Origin: Bdellovibrio sp.
GTDB lineage: Bacteria; Bdellovibrionota; Bdellovibrionia; Bdellovibrionales; Bdellovibrionaceae
Direction: 5' to 3'
Assembly (NCBI GenBank): GCA_036677065.1
Contig: JAKFBS010000002.1
Coordinates: 448,001-512,000, forward strand
Length of the DNA stretch: 64,000 nt
The notes beneath the pieces were generated by a model. The model had not been told where the DNA came from, did not search any database, and was given only the letters and a program-made list of their open reading frames with translations. Position 1 is the stretch's first letter, and each line of letters starts with the position of its first letter. Below are positions 1 to 10,070 of the stretch, piece by piece. A program made the translations under genes and the position numbers.

Positions 1-453
1 ATCTTTGCCTTCACGATCTAATTTATTTACGAAGGTAAAAATTGGAATATCACGCAGGCGACAAACATCATAAAGTTTTTTTGTACGATCTTCGACCCCT
101 TTGGCAACGTCAATCAACATACATGCAGATTCAACGGCCATTAATACACGATACGTATCTTCAGAGAAATCTTTATGGCCGGGAGTATCTAAAAGGTTAA
201 CTCGTAAATCAGCATAATCAAAAGTCATTACCGATGAAGTAATAGAAATACCTTTTTGTTTTTCCAGCTCCATCCAATCTGATGTTGCTGATTTTGTTCC
301 AGACTTACCTTTTACTTCGCCGGCTTCATGGATGACACCGCCGTGATATAAAAGTTTTTCGGTCAACGTGGTTTTACCCGCATCTGGATGTGAAATAATG
401 GCAAACGTACGACGACGTAAGATCTCTTTTTGGTCTTGAACTGATAATGACAT
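1..453 (-). CDS. prfC: Peptide chain release factor 3 (N-terminal part; runs off window start)
   Basis: Manual translation from ATG at 453: [23 protein letters not shown]...[17 protein letters not shown]...[16 protein letters not shown]...FVNKLDREG, the RF3 GTPase motifs. Confidence 0.97.
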   Translation of the reverse strand, partial: MSLSVQDQKEILRRRTFAIISHPDAGKTTLTEKLLYHGGVIHEAGEVKGKSGTKSATSDWMELEKQKGISITSSVMTFDYADLRVNLLDTPGHKDFSEDTYRVLMAVESACMLIDVAKGVEDRTKKLYDVCRLRDIPIFTFVNKLDREGKD

Positions 454-602
454 AAGCGAATAGTTATAGACATTTTTTAGGGTTGATTCAAACAGTTTGA
501 CCCTTCAAGGCATGTGCATTAGAAGTAAAAGTCTGATTTTGATGACCCAAAATCAACTCATGGTGGTTTGGAGCCACCGTCTGACAACTGAAAGGGGTTC
601 AT

Positions 603-1544
603 ATGTCTATTAATGCGGCAGATAGCAACGTTACAGCCAGCCAATACTTTATCACTACGTTCTATAAGTTTATTCCAGTAGCTGACGTTGAAAGCACTAA
701 AAATTGGTTTAATAATTTAGCAGAAAAACACGACATCAAAGGCTTAATTATTTTAGCCCCTGAAGGTTTTAACTCAACGGTTTCTGCTCAATCAAAAGAG
801 AATTTAGAAAACTTTAAAAAAGATTTATTAGCAAATTTTAATTTAACCGAACTTAATTTTAAAGATTCAGAATCACACAAATCCCCATTTCGCCGGTTTG
901 TTGTAAAATTAAGACCAGAGATCGTGACTTTGGGAACTCCTGATCTCGTGCCGCCAGAAGGGGTAAATCGTCATTTAACACCCACCGAGTGGAATGAAGT
1001 TTTAAAAAAAGAAAAACCAATCATTATCGATACGCGCAATTGGTATGAATATAAAATCGGTACATTCAAGGGGTCATTAAACCCAAACACCGAAAAATTC
1101 ACTGAGTTTCCGCAGTACATGGATTCACAAAATATTTCTAAAGATCAAAAAGTTTTAATTTTTTGCACTGGTGGAATTCGCTGTGAAAAAGGAATTTTAG
1201 AATTAACTGAAAAAGGTTACAGCAACGTTTATCAACTTGATGGCGGAATTTTAAATTATTTAAAAGAATACCCAAACGATGAATTTGACGGTGAGTGTTT
1301 TGTTTTCGATCATCGCGTGTCTGTAACTCAAGATCTAAAACCAACTGATAAATATTATCTTTGCCCTCATTGTGGCCAACCCGGAAACACGGCGATTGAT
1401 TGTAAACGTTGTGATACGCACGATCATATTTGCGAAGACTGTGCTAAAATTGAATGGAAGAAAGACACCTGTTCGAAAGACTGTGCTTACCATTACAAAC
1501 TGCATCCAGATCGCAAAGCGCCGCGCCAACCGCGCTCGTATTAA
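603..1544 (+). CDS. trhO: Rhodanese-domain tRNA uridine(34) hydroxylase (TrhO/YceA family)
   Basis: FYKF, APEGFN, DTRNWYEYKIGTF, FCTGGIRCEK, GGILNY, GECFVFDHRV motifs; C-terminal Cys-rich region. Confidence 0.88.
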   Translation: MSINAADSNVTASQYFITTFYKFIPVADVESTKNWFNNLAEKHDIKGLIILAPEGFNSTVSAQSKENLENFKKDLLANFNLTELNFKDSESHKSPFRRFVVKLRPEIVTLGTPDLVPPEGVNRHLTPTEWNEVLKKEKPIIIDTRNWYEYKIGTFKGSLNPNTEKFTEFPQYMDSQNISKDQKVLIFCTGGIRCEKGILELTEKGYSNVYQLDGGILNYLKEYPNDEFDGECFVFDHRVSVTQDLKPTDKYYLCPHCGQPGNTAIDCKRCDTHDHICEDCAKIEWKKDTCSKDCAYHYKLHPDRKAPRQPRSY

Positions 1545-1545
1545 T

Positions 1546-2112
1546 TTATTTCTCTGATTCAAATCTAACTTTGAATAAAATTGCGCTAGCTACGGGTTTG
1601 TTATCGACCATTGCAGGTTTGAATTTTGATTCACGTGCAAGATTTAGCGCTACTTCATCTAAACCATAAGGTAAAGAATTTCTAAGCTTTGCACTTCTGA
1701 CTTGTCCGTCTGAGCCAACAACAAGTTCAACTTGAGCAACCCCTGAATAATCGGCTCTACGCGCAGCTTCGGTGCGATTAGCTTTTGCTTTTGTCAGCAA
1801 TACAGCAGGCGTTGTAATTGCTGAATCACTGGCTAATTCTTCAGCGATCTGTTCGTGACTTGTACCGCCGATAGGGGTTTTAGTTTCGTTTGACAACTCT
1901 TTCGATTTGTCTGCGAGCTCGTTTACTCTTTCGGGTTTTGGTTTTTCAAGCTTACTATCGTTGGGCTTTACAATAGGCGTGACATAAGAAGTCACTTCAA
2001 TATTTTCGTAGATTTGATCTGTTGGGTTTGCCAATAACATGATAATAGCTGCGGCAAGCATATGAAAGCCTCCGGATAGTATTAAGAATTTGTAATTGCG
2101 CGATCCCGACAT
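1546..2112 (-). CDS. TonB-family energy transducer
   Basis: N-terminal TM with S..H, Pro/Lys linker, TonB_C-like C-terminus (GLDEVAL...FKPAMVDNKPV). Confidence 0.85.
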   Translation of the reverse strand: MSGSRNYKFLILSGGFHMLAAAIIMLLANPTDQIYENIEVTSYVTPIVKPNDSKLEKPKPERVNELADKSKELSNETKTPIGGTSHEQIAEELASDSAITTPAVLLTKAKANRTEAARRADYSGVAQVELVVGSDGQVRSAKLRNSLPYGLDEVALNLARESKFKPAMVDNKPVASAILFKVRFESEK

Positions 2113-2148
2113 AATTTAACTTATATCGAAAAACACACCGAATAACAA

Positions 2149-2709
2149 CTACTGCATAAGGTTTGAAGGCCGATAATCGCGATTACGTTCTTCTTCGATC
2201 GCTTCTTCTTCTTCAAGGGTAAGGTTTTCTTCACGGCGAAAGTGATCTTTTAATTCCAAGTACTGTTTACCGATCATTACACGATCTTCAACATCGCTCT
2301 CTTTTTTAAATGCGGGGAATATATCAGACTCTTCTTCTTTAAGATGATGCTCAACTAGCTCGGCTAAAACTTTAGCTCGTGCCGACCATAACTCTGCGCC
2401 TTCTGACATTTTTACTTCTTCGACCATGTGTTCGGCCAATTCATGCTCTACGTCGCCTTCCAAACCATCAATGCGAAGCTCTTTGTTTTCGTCTTTTAAA
2501 AAAGTGTACAGGCTTTCTTGTTCTGATCTTGCATGCACTAATAATAAGGGTACGAATTGATCAAAGATTCTTCTGCGGGTGCGAATTGGCGTATCTAGGT
2601 CTTTTAAAATACCAATAAATCTTTTCAGGGGTTCGTGATCCGCTAAAATTAATTTAATGATATCCTCTTTTGAACTATTGGATGCTTTTTTCGCAGTTGA
2701 TTTTCGCAT
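2149..2709 (-). CDS. Hemerythrin/HHE domain protein
   Basis: DH, HARSEQ, EH, HHLKEEE motifs; start chosen at ATG 2709 after AAGGAG RBS. Confidence 0.85.
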   Translation of the reverse strand: MRKSTAKKASNSSKEDIIKLILADHEPLKRFIGILKDLDTPIRTRRRIFDQFVPLLLVHARSEQESLYTFLKDENKELRIDGLEGDVEHELAEHMVEEVKMSEGAELWSARAKVLAELVEHHLKEEESDIFPAFKKESDVEDRVMIGKQYLELKDHFRREENLTLEEEEAIEEERNRDYRPSNLMQ

Positions 2710-2732
2710 AAGTACTCCTTTTTTAAAGTCGA

Positions 2733-3143
2733 CTATGATTTTAAAGCAACTCCAGTGCCACTGGGATGTGGGTATTTTTGTCTGAGTTGGTGACATTCTT
2801 GAATACGCTGAATGATCGTATTCGATAAATCGTCGTGATAAACCCCGTAAGATTCAATGTATAATCCTTTAACGTCATCTTCGATCAGTGATCTGATCGC
2901 GTACATGATCGCTTGATCATCAGGATCAGAAGTGTTTTCAAAACGTAAGACTTCGTCAAAAAAAATATCGTTGGGATAAAGTTCTAATTTACCCTCTTCA
3001 CAAGTGAAATGATCAAAACGTGCCACAAGATTATACGTATAACCTTGTTTCTGCAAACGTTCGATGGCTTCTCGAAGCCCGTACATTTCGCCCGTGCCTG
3101 CGTGAATCATATCTTTCGGCAAGACTGTGGTAACGTGTTCCAT
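2733..3143 (-). CDS. Conserved small protein (family often mislabelled 'phosphoribosylpyrophosphate synthetase')
   Basis: RFENTSDPDDQAIMYAI...KG...YG motif. Confidence 0.6.
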   Translation of the reverse strand: MEHVTTVLPKDMIHAGTGEMYGLREAIERLQKQGYTYNLVARFDHFTCEEGKLELYPNDIFFDEVLRFENTSDPDDQAIMYAIRSLIEDDVKGLYIESYGVYHDDLSNTIIQRIQECHQLRQKYPHPSGTGVALKS

Positions 3144-3160
3144 TTTATTATTTCCGTTCG

Positions 3161-3199
3161 CAAAAAAAGAGCCTTATCTTGCGATAAGACTCTTCCAAC
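3161..3199 (-). terminator. Rho-independent terminator, copy 1
   Basis: Minus strand AGAGTCTTATC-GCAA-GATAAGGCTCT followed by a T-run. Confidence 0.85.
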
Positions 3200-3273
3200 T
3201 CGTTACTTTTTCAGAGCAACGAATTTGATTCGGATGTATGTGTGTGTCTGTCTTTTACTTTTACAAGTAAAAA

Positions 3274-3465
3274 CTATTTACTAGTTTTTTGAGATTGGCT
3301 TGTGTCAGATTGTCTTTCACCGTATTGCGAATCGCGTGAAGTTTGACCTGTGCTAGAGCTTCTATCTGCATTTGGAGTTTGGTTCGATTTATTTGTCTGA
3401 CCAGACTGTCCGCCTTGTTGATTTTGATTTGCGTTTTGATTTGACATGTTATTATTTTGTGCCAT
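3274..3465 (-). CDS. Small Q/N/S-rich intrinsically disordered protein, paralog 1
   Basis: 63 aa, AGGAG RBS, own promoter and terminator, resembles 3720-3923. Confidence 0.75.
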   Translation of the reverse strand: MAQNNNMSNQNANQNQQGGQSGQTNKSNQTPNADRSSSTGQTSRDSQYGERQSDTSQSQKTSK

Positions 3466-3518
3466 TTGAGTTCTCCTTGGTTTAATTCGATTTTATCGAA
3501 AGTTACTTTAAGGTCATT

Positions 3519-3534
3519 TACAAGTTCTGTTCCA
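3519..3534 (-). promoter_or_regulatory. sigma54-like promoter TGGAAC-N5-TTGTA
   Basis: Identical 16-mer at 3962-3977; -24/-12 spacing. Confidence 0.6.
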
Positions 3535-3641
3535 AACTCTAATGTTGTTATTTTCGAGATGAAATAAAATGCCGCACCTAGTTCCCATAATTTTGACCCA
3601 TAAAGGTTCACAATAAAAATTTTATATTTTGCGATTTTAAA

Positions 3642-3681
3642 CAAAAAAAAAGAGCCTTATCTTGCGATAAGACTCTTCCAA
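3642..3681 (-). terminator. Rho-independent terminator, copy 2
   Basis: Same hairpin as 3161-3199 with a T-run. Confidence 0.85.
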
Positions 3682-3719
3682 CCATTGTCTTTTTAATTAC
3701 AATGATTTGATTTTAAAAT

Positions 3720-3923
3720 TTATTTATTAGATCTCTGTTGTTGGCTACTGCCAGATTGCCCCTGATTAAAACTTGAATCACGAGTCGTACTGCCTGTACC
3801 AGTGCTTGGGTTTGTCGTAGAGCCCTTATCTAAATTTGGATCTTGGCCGCCCGATCGACTGGCTTGATCACCCTGTTGACGCTGATTTACATTTTGATTT
3901 TGGTTGTTAATATTTTCTTTCAT
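3720..3923 (-). CDS. Small Q/N/S-rich intrinsically disordered protein, paralog 2
   Basis: 67 aa, GAGGAG RBS; NQNxNQxQQG and TG..TRDS shared with paralog 1. Confidence 0.75.
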   Translation of the reverse strand: MKENINNQNQNVNQRQQGDQASRSGGQDPNLDKGSTTNPSTGTGSTTRDSSFNQGQSGSSQQQRSNK

Positions 3924-3961
3924 TTTAAATCTCCTCGTAAAAGAAACTGTTAAGCCTTAAA

Positions 3962-3977
3962 TACAAGTTCTGTTCCA
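3962..3977 (-). promoter_or_regulatory. sigma54-like promoter TGGAAC-N5-TTGTA
   Basis: Identical to 3519-3534. Confidence 0.6.
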
Positions 3978-4086
3978 GCACTAAAAGCTGCTAATTTTGA
4001 GCTGAAGCACCTTTGCTGCGGCTAGTTTCACAAACTTGCCCCAAGAAAGGGTTCGAAAAATTTCAGACAAGGTGTATAATTAAACC

Positions 4087-4524
4087 ATGAAGACTTTAAA
4101 TGACTGGCTTTCGGCTTATGGCGAAACACATAAAAATAAAATTAATAGAACGATTCATTTAATTTGTGTGCCGCTAATTTTGTTTAGCGTTATCGGAATT
4201 TTATGGTGCATCCCGAAAGGTTTTTTATTTCCTGATATTAAATATGTAAACTGGTCACACTTAGCGATGCTGTTATCATTGGTTTTTTATGCGCGTTTAG
4301 GTGTTAGACCTTTTTTATTAATGTTTAGTACATTTGCAGCCATTCATTTAGTGCTGATGCTTCTTGATTCAAACACAACGCAACTTCTGACATTGAATAT
4401 CACAATATTTGTTTTAGCTTGGATCGGCCAATTTTATGGCCATCATATCGAGGGCAAAAAGCCCTCGTTCTTTCAAGATCTGCAATTTTTATTGATCGGC
4501 CCTCTGTGGGTCTACTATCACTAA
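4087..4524 (+). CDS. DUF962/Mpo1-like membrane protein
   Basis: YGETHKN..N..IHLICVP and WIGQFYGHHIEGKKPSF motifs. Confidence 0.9.
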   Translation: MKTLNDWLSAYGETHKNKINRTIHLICVPLILFSVIGILWCIPKGFLFPDIKYVNWSHLAMLLSLVFYARLGVRPFLLMFSTFAAIHLVLMLLDSNTTQLLTLNITIFVLAWIGQFYGHHIEGKKPSFFQDLQFLLIGPLWVYYH

Positions 4525-4629
4525 AATCGATTTATACCGTTGCATCAGGCCTTTAATTAAGCAGTTTTATTAAAACTAATGCGTGACTTTAAAAGGCCCT
4601 CGCTTTATCTTAACGTCACATCAGTCAGT

Positions 4630-4706
<77 letters not shown>

Positions 4707-4877
4707 ATTTTTTCTCAAAGTCTTTTGAGAATTATTAAATCCACAGACATACAAGATCAGATAAGAAGAACCCCATTATTAAAAAATATATTACCGAATC
4801 AACGATCACTCAGGTGATTTGCAGCCAATTTTTTTGGAGCATCGTTATTTCTGCCGCGCTAATTTACACGTAAGGTT

Positions 4878-6278
4878 TTATTCAGACTGCGTTAACACGC
4901 AGCCAAATTTTTGCCCGCGATATACGGCTTTTGATTTTTTAAATAAACCTAAGCCCAACGTTGCCGTCACAGTACCATCATCTTTAATTTTCAAACGCGG
5001 AAGCACTGGAAAAGACGTTTTCATATCGTCTTTACAAGCTTTCTCGCTACGCCCAACGACTAAACGACATGAACAATATTCCTTAACGATATAAGCACGT
5101 AATAAATGTGGCACAACTAGTAGCGACTCCATAGTGCCGCGATCTTCTGGATCTTCATACTCTTGCTCGTCGGGCTGATAGCTTGCTTTTGCTAAAACTC
5201 GATTAGAACTACCCACAGTTTCAAAAGCTAAGTTTTTTGAACGCACAAGTTTTGCAACAGCTTTATAAAAAGCTTTACGATCTAAAGCTTTTTTATCACG
5301 CGCAAGTCTTACGACTACAAATTGTTGCGAAGGACTGGCCGCTACAATTTGCCCCTGATGGCCGTACATAATTAAAGTATCCAAAGGTAAATCATTGTAA
5401 GCTGATGGTAGGTTACGTCCTTCGATAGGACGATTCGTCGTTAGCTGAGTTGAATAGGCTTTGTTAACTTCGTTAAATTCTTGAATCTTGTTATGTACCC
5501 CAGGTGCAACAGTATTCATAAGTTCAAAATAACTTGGCGAAAACAATTGGTGACCGTTCCAAACACCTTTATTCATGAGAAGCTGACCTAATTTTAAATA
5601 ATCTGAAGGCTTCATGTAAATATATGATGAGCCAACAAAATTACCCTTCATATCTTGCTCAAACGTTGCATCAATTCCCATCGGGTTAAATAACTTCTGC
5701 CACGGATAGTTATTATATTTAGTCTGGTTGCCGATCGCTTTTTGCAAGATACCCATCAACAGATTAGTGTCACCACTTGAATAATTAAAATATTCACCCG
5801 GCCCGCCGACTTTTGATAAAGGCATCTTTAACATAAAATTAGTGAACCCCATTTTTTGCCCGTCAAGATACAGCATATTTGTTAGATCTAAATGTGACGG
5901 AAACCCCTTAAAGGCTTCTTTAAAATGAAGCCCCGAAGACATTTGTAAAACATCAACTATGCGCGCCTCGTTTTTAAATTCAGGAAAATATTTTTTTACC
6001 GGCTCATCGATTGAAAGCAATCCTTCTTTAGCAGCGATTCCGATCAACATAGCCGTCATTGTTTTAGCCGTCGACCACGATAGATGTTTTGTATTCGGCG
6101 TGTATTCACGGGCGTAGTATTCATAAATGACTTTACCATCTTTATAAACCAGAACGACATCTGTATTGGCTTTTTCTGTGTTACGCAGAAGCTCGGTTAA
6201 TTCTTGCTGAGCGGTTTTTGCCTGGCCCAGAATCGAAAACAAAAAAGTTACGATAAACAATGTGCTGATGGTTTTCAT
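4878..6278 (-). CDS. Secreted serine hydrolase (beta-lactamase/AmpC-like family)
   Basis: Signal peptide, SxxK (WSTAK), YSS, GHQGQ motifs. Confidence 0.9.
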   Translation of the reverse strand: MKTISTLFIVTFLFSILGQAKTAQQELTELLRNTEKANTDVVLVYKDGKVIYEYYAREYTPNTKHLSWSTAKTMTAMLIGIAAKEGLLSIDEPVKKYFPEFKNEARIVDVLQMSSGLHFKEAFKGFPSHLDLTNMLYLDGQKMGFTNFMLKMPLSKVGGPGEYFNYSSGDTNLLMGILQKAIGNQTKYNNYPWQKLFNPMGIDATFEQDMKGNFVGSSYIYMKPSDYLKLGQLLMNKGVWNGHQLFSPSYFELMNTVAPGVHNKIQEFNEVNKAYSTQLTTNRPIEGRNLPSAYNDLPLDTLIMYGHQGQIVAASPSQQFVVVRLARDKKALDRKAFYKAVAKLVRSKNLAFETVGSSNRVLAKASYQPDEQEYEDPEDRGTMESLLVVPHLLRAYIVKEYCSCRLVVGRSEKACKDDMKTSFPVLPRLKIKDDGTVTATLGLGLFKKSKAVYRGQKFGCVLTQSE

Positions 6279-6356
6279 ATTAATTTTTTCGGGACTTTCT
6301 GGATCTGAATCGAGTCCAGTAGTCGAGAAAACATGTATCGAACTGAGAATTAACAT

Positions 6357-6391
6357 AAAAAAGGGTTATGAATTTCTTCATAACCCTTTTT
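6357..6391. terminator. Intrinsic terminator hairpin
   Basis: AAAAAAGGGTTATGAA-TTTC-TTCATAACCCTTTTT. Confidence 0.8.
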
Positions 6392-6417
6392 GTTTTTAGT
6401 ATTGTGGGCCGTTGCAA

Positions 6418-6981
6418 CTATTCAACAGTGCATTCCATGCTTTCGTTCAATTTAACACTTTGTCCGGTTTTTGCGTTCGTAATCAAACCCGTCAATTGAA
6501 TGCTTCGGGTTTTAGAATCAATAATTTTGATTTTAGCATCAAGTTTAACGTCAACTTTTAGACGAAGTTTTTTGCTGATGGATTCAGAGCGAACGATGCT
6601 TGCGTCTGAAACTGTTTGAAAATCTTTTCCAGTGACATCAATCTCGCCTTGCTTAACTGAACATGAGAAATCTTCGCTCAATGAATCATTGTTGTTTGTG
6701 CAAGATCCTTTTGGCGAAAGGTACAAACCTAAACCAATAGGTGCCAGGTTCTCATCAGACGCGCGGCCAGTTAACTGACTTACACTGTTAAAGCCAGCTT
6801 GAAAAAACCAAGATGCGTCTATAGTGATATAGGTGCCGTTGAAGCCGATAGCTCCATCGCGATTGATAAACATGTCGGCTTGGCGAAATGATATGACTTC
6901 TGTACACTTCAGGCTTTCTGCTAAAGCGCCAAAAGACATAAGACTTGTTAATGCGGCAATTGTTAATAATTTAATTTTCAT
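6418..6981 (-). CDS. Secreted hypothetical protein
   Basis: Signal peptide, 4 Cys, GGAG RBS. Confidence 0.75.
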   Translation of the reverse strand: MKIKLLTIAALTSLMSFGALAESLKCTEVISFRQADMFINRDGAIGFNGTYITIDASWFFQAGFNSVSQLTGRASDENLAPIGLGLYLSPKGSCTNNNDSLSEDFSCSVKQGEIDVTGKDFQTVSDASIVRSESISKKLRLKVDVKLDAKIKIIDSKTRSIQLTGLITNAKTGQSVKLNESMECTVE

Positions 6982-7084
6982 AGGGAATCTCCATTTCTTA
7001 GAGACAACCTAACTTAGGTTTAATAATTAAAGTAATGAATAGTGCTGCTGATTATCATTAATCATTTTAATGATGCGCCAACTC

Positions 7085-7600
7085 CTATAGAGCGAAACGC
7101 TTAGTCTTAACTAAAATCTTTAACAACAACAGGGCAACCATCGGCCCCACTAAAAACATGTAATACCAGTTTCCAGCGACTCGGCCGGCGTAGCTTGCAA
7201 AAAAGATGAACCACAAATAGTACATGCCAAACGTGTGTAAGGTTCTCCACCGCTTGATTCCTAATTTTTGAACTGAAAAATCATTCGAGGTCATCGTCAT
7301 GGCAAAAATAAACACATAACCAAGTCCGCCAAAAATAATGGTCGTTGGCTGCGCCACTTGATAAAATAATTCAGGATCAATTTTGTACAGCATGGCAAAC
7401 AGGATTCCGTGACAAAGATGTGAAAAAGCAAAACTTAAGCCGACAGCACGTCTGTTCTTCATCCAAAAGCCAAATTTATTTTTTAGAAGAAATCTTAAAG
7501 ACGATGTCATGAATGCGATAAGAAATAAGAACATAGATATGCGAGCTGTTACTTGTATACCTAAACGTACAGCTTCTTGCAGAGTCAGATCTGTCATCAC
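7085..7600 (-). CDS. Ferric-reductase-like transmembrane protein (MsrQ-like)
   Basis: RRAVGL...H, TSND, WRTLH motifs; AAGGAGAGG RBS. Confidence 0.8.
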   Translation of the reverse strand: MMTDLTLQEAVRLGIQVTARISMFLFLIAFMTSSLRFLLKNKFGFWMKNRRAVGLSFAFSHLCHGILFAMLYKIDPELFYQVAQPTTIIFGGLGYVFIFAMTMTSNDFSVQKLGIKRWRTLHTFGMYYLWFIFFASYAGRVAGNWYYMFLVGPMVALLLLKILVKTKRFAL

Positions 7601-7620
7601 TTTAGCCTCTCCTTATATGA

Positions 7621-8766
7621 TCAGCCTAACAACGCTTCTATTCGTTCGCAAGCTTTACCATCCCCGAAAGGGTTCTTCGCTTTCGACATCTTGTCGTAAA
7701 CTGCTTTATCGTCAACAAGCTCGTTCACTGTTGCAATGAAGGCCCCTTTTTCAAGCGGAGCTAAGCGCGAAGTGCCTGCCGCAATAGCTTCAGGGCGTTC
7801 AGTGTTTTCACGCGCGATAAGAACTGGTTTGCCAAGCGATGGAGCTTCTTCTTGGACTCCGCCCGAGTCTGTGATGATAAAATGGCTGCGATTCATTAAA
7901 TAGACAAATGGAATGTAATCGACCGGATCCGAAAGCCAGATATTGCTGGTTTTACTACTAGCCTCTTTAATCCAGGTGGCATGGTTTTCTAAAATTTCAG
8001 AGGCATTCTTTCTGACTTCAGGATTTAGATGTAGAGGGATTAAAAACTCTACGTCAGGGCGTTTAGACAATTCTAGAATGGCTTGCATCACGGTTTTAAT
8101 ATTTTTTTCAAAGGATTCACGTCGATGAAGTGTTACAAGAATTAATTTTTTATTTTTATTTAAGAATTTAAATTGAGATTCAAAATCTTGGGTAAGGATC
8201 GGCGTATTTTCAATCGTATTTTTAACTTCAAAAAGGGTGTCGATTCCGGTATTGCCGGTCACATGAATAGTTTTAACATCGACGTGCTCACGAAGAAGAT
8301 TTTCTTTAGCTTCTTCGGTAGGTGCTAAATGAATATTGCCGATAACTGATAGCGCTTTGCGATTAAATTCTTCAGGAAATGGCGAAGAGATATTGTTTGA
8401 TCTTAAGCCCGCTTCTAAGTGAATCACTTCGATTTTATTATAGAAAGCCACAAGCCCGCCGGTAAAGCTGCTGGTGGTGTCGCCTTGAACAATAATACTA
8501 TCGATCTTGTTGTTATCAATAATTTCTTGCAAGCCTAACATCACACGCGAAGAAAGTGCAGTCAGTGTCTGGCCTGGTTTCATTAAATCTAAGTCAAAGT
8601 CTGGAGTAATTTTAAAAAAACTTAATAAGGGTTTTAGCATTTCTCGATGCTGCCCGGTAGAACACACGAGCACCTTAAATTTTGAATTTTTTTTAAGTTT
8701 CAAAATAAGCGGTGCTACTTTAATTGTTTCAGGCCGGGTTCCAAAGACAAAGAGAAGTGTTTTCAT
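7621..8766 (-). CDS. wecB: UDP-N-acetylglucosamine 2-epimerase (non-hydrolysing)
   Basis: GTRPETIK, TGQH, QGDT, HLEAGLRS, PFPEEFNR, TDSGGVQEEAPSLGKP, NPFGDG. Confidence 0.97.
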   Translation of the reverse strand: MKTLLFVFGTRPETIKVAPLILKLKKNSKFKVLVCSTGQHREMLKPLLSFFKITPDFDLDLMKPGQTLTALSSRVMLGLQEIIDNNKIDSIIVQGDTTSSFTGGLVAFYNKIEVIHLEAGLRSNNISSPFPEEFNRKALSVIGNIHLAPTEEAKENLLREHVDVKTIHVTGNTGIDTLFEVKNTIENTPILTQDFESQFKFLNKNKKLILVTLHRRESFEKNIKTVMQAILELSKRPDVEFLIPLHLNPEVRKNASEILENHATWIKEASSKTSNIWLSDPVDYIPFVYLMNRSHFIITDSGGVQEEAPSLGKPVLIARENTERPEAIAAGTSRLAPLEKGAFIATVNELVDDKAVYDKMSKAKNPFGDGKACERIEALLG

Positions 8767-8778
8767 AAAAGATTACGA

Positions 8779-10053
8779 CTAGTTCTTAAAGTAGTGGTCT
8801 TTTACAATGTCTTCGGTTTGTGTTTTGCCAACCGGAGAAAAACCATTATCATTTGAACCAATTTTAGTCGGATCTACGGCGATATCCCAAAAGTTAATAC
8901 CCTTAAACCAAGGCCATTGCGGCGTCCAAAACGAATCAAAGATCGCCTGAAAAGCAGCTGCCTGGTGAGGAATATTTACGGTACCCGTGCCTGCATAAGC
9001 AAACGGATCAATAAAACCTGAATCTACCGAACGAAAGCCGATTTCTTTGATAACCGCTTCTTTATGATGATCTAAAGTTAATTCGATTTGCATAAAGCCA
9101 TTGTCTAACTGTGTAGCGTAAGAATCTGAACGCGATTTCAAAACGCTGACTAAAGCATTGTAATCACCCGGTAGTTGCTGGCCTTTAGAAGCTAATGAAC
9201 GGTAAATATCTAACCCTACAGAATCTAATTCTTTCCAGAAACTGACAAGATCATTCCAGATTTTAAATTCTTCAGGATTTGTGGGATTAGCAAGGTCAAC
9301 CAAGCGGTAACGCCATCTTTCAAATTCACCACCAGAAGCCGCAAAACCATCTGCATTCACAGTATCGTCAGTAAAGTTAATATCATACATTAAACGTGCT
9401 GCCGGAAGTTTAGCACGCACATAACGAAGTAATTCTAACCAACGACCCGGAAAACCGTACGGAAACTCTTTCCATTGGTCTTCAATACCCACAGTCATAG
9501 AATAAAGTTCGGCACCAACCGTGAATTCATCAATTTTAGCTAACTTAGCCACAGTAAGATAAACATCTAAGTACACACGAAATGATTCAAACCAGCGATT
9601 CGGATCTTGTGGCTGAATATTGCCGTGCCACCAAGTCTTAATAGAACCATCAGGCTGCTTTTCAAAATATGGAAATTCGCCGTTCGGCCCAACCACGAAA
9701 AATATCGGGCGTAAGCCCACGGTCATACCTTGAGCCTGAATGTACTTAATCAAACGCAGCATACGTTTGGCTTCAGCAGCTCTTTCTGCCGGTGGCGTAA
9801 CGGGTATGATCTCTGAAGAAAAAGGCCCTTTCATGATCGCGCGCACATTTAAAATAATGTGGTTTGAACCCAGACGTTTTGCATGATCAACAGCATTTTG
9901 CGCCAAAGTTTTTGGCTCAACAGAAGTTGCCGTTGCATCGTAAGCAAAACCTTCTGATTCTGTTAAATTAAAACCGGCCACATAACTGCCCATGGCCACA
10001 CTGTGAAGTGCAGCAACTATTAGACTTGTATAAATAAATCGTGAAAATTTCAT
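8779..10053 (-). CDS. Secreted glycoside hydrolase, GH113-like TIM barrel
   Basis: Signal peptide; LRP, WFESF, VGAEL, LDSVGLDIY, EIGFRS, WFKG pattern. Confidence 0.7.
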   Translation of the reverse strand: MKFSRFIYTSLIVAALHSVAMGSYVAGFNLTESEGFAYDATATSVEPKTLAQNAVDHAKRLGSNHIILNVRAIMKGPFSSEIIPVTPPAERAAEAKRMLRLIKYIQAQGMTVGLRPIFFVVGPNGEFPYFEKQPDGSIKTWWHGNIQPQDPNRWFESFRVYLDVYLTVAKLAKIDEFTVGAELYSMTVGIEDQWKEFPYGFPGRWLELLRYVRAKLPAARLMYDINFTDDTVNADGFAASGGEFERWRYRLVDLANPTNPEEFKIWNDLVSFWKELDSVGLDIYRSLASKGQQLPGDYNALVSVLKSRSDSYATQLDNGFMQIELTLDHHKEAVIKEIGFRSVDSGFIDPFAYAGTGTVNIPHQAAAFQAIFDSFWTPQWPWFKGINFWDIAVDPTKIGSNDNGFSPVGKTQTEDIVKDHYFKN

Positions 10054-10070
10054 GATATCTGTTCCTTTAA

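Noticed and set aside
538..591. Box C/D-like (TGATGA...CTGA), SAM-II or ZTP riboswitch upstream of trhO
   Set aside because: Key conserved elements of these families are missing; kept only as an unassigned structured leader.
2733..3143. Calling this ORF a PRPP synthetase
   Set aside because: Far too short and lacks PRTase motifs; the label looks like a propagated misannotation.
3261..3644. 127-aa minus-strand ORF overlapping the small Q/N protein
   Set aside because: It is an alternative frame without an RBS; the 63-aa ORF has an RBS, promoter and paralog.
3161..3681. Repeated ~39-bp palindromic sequence as a CRISPR repeat or REP/MITE
   Set aside because: Only two copies ~480 bp apart, each following a paralogous gene with a T-tail; they are terminators, and no cas genes are present.
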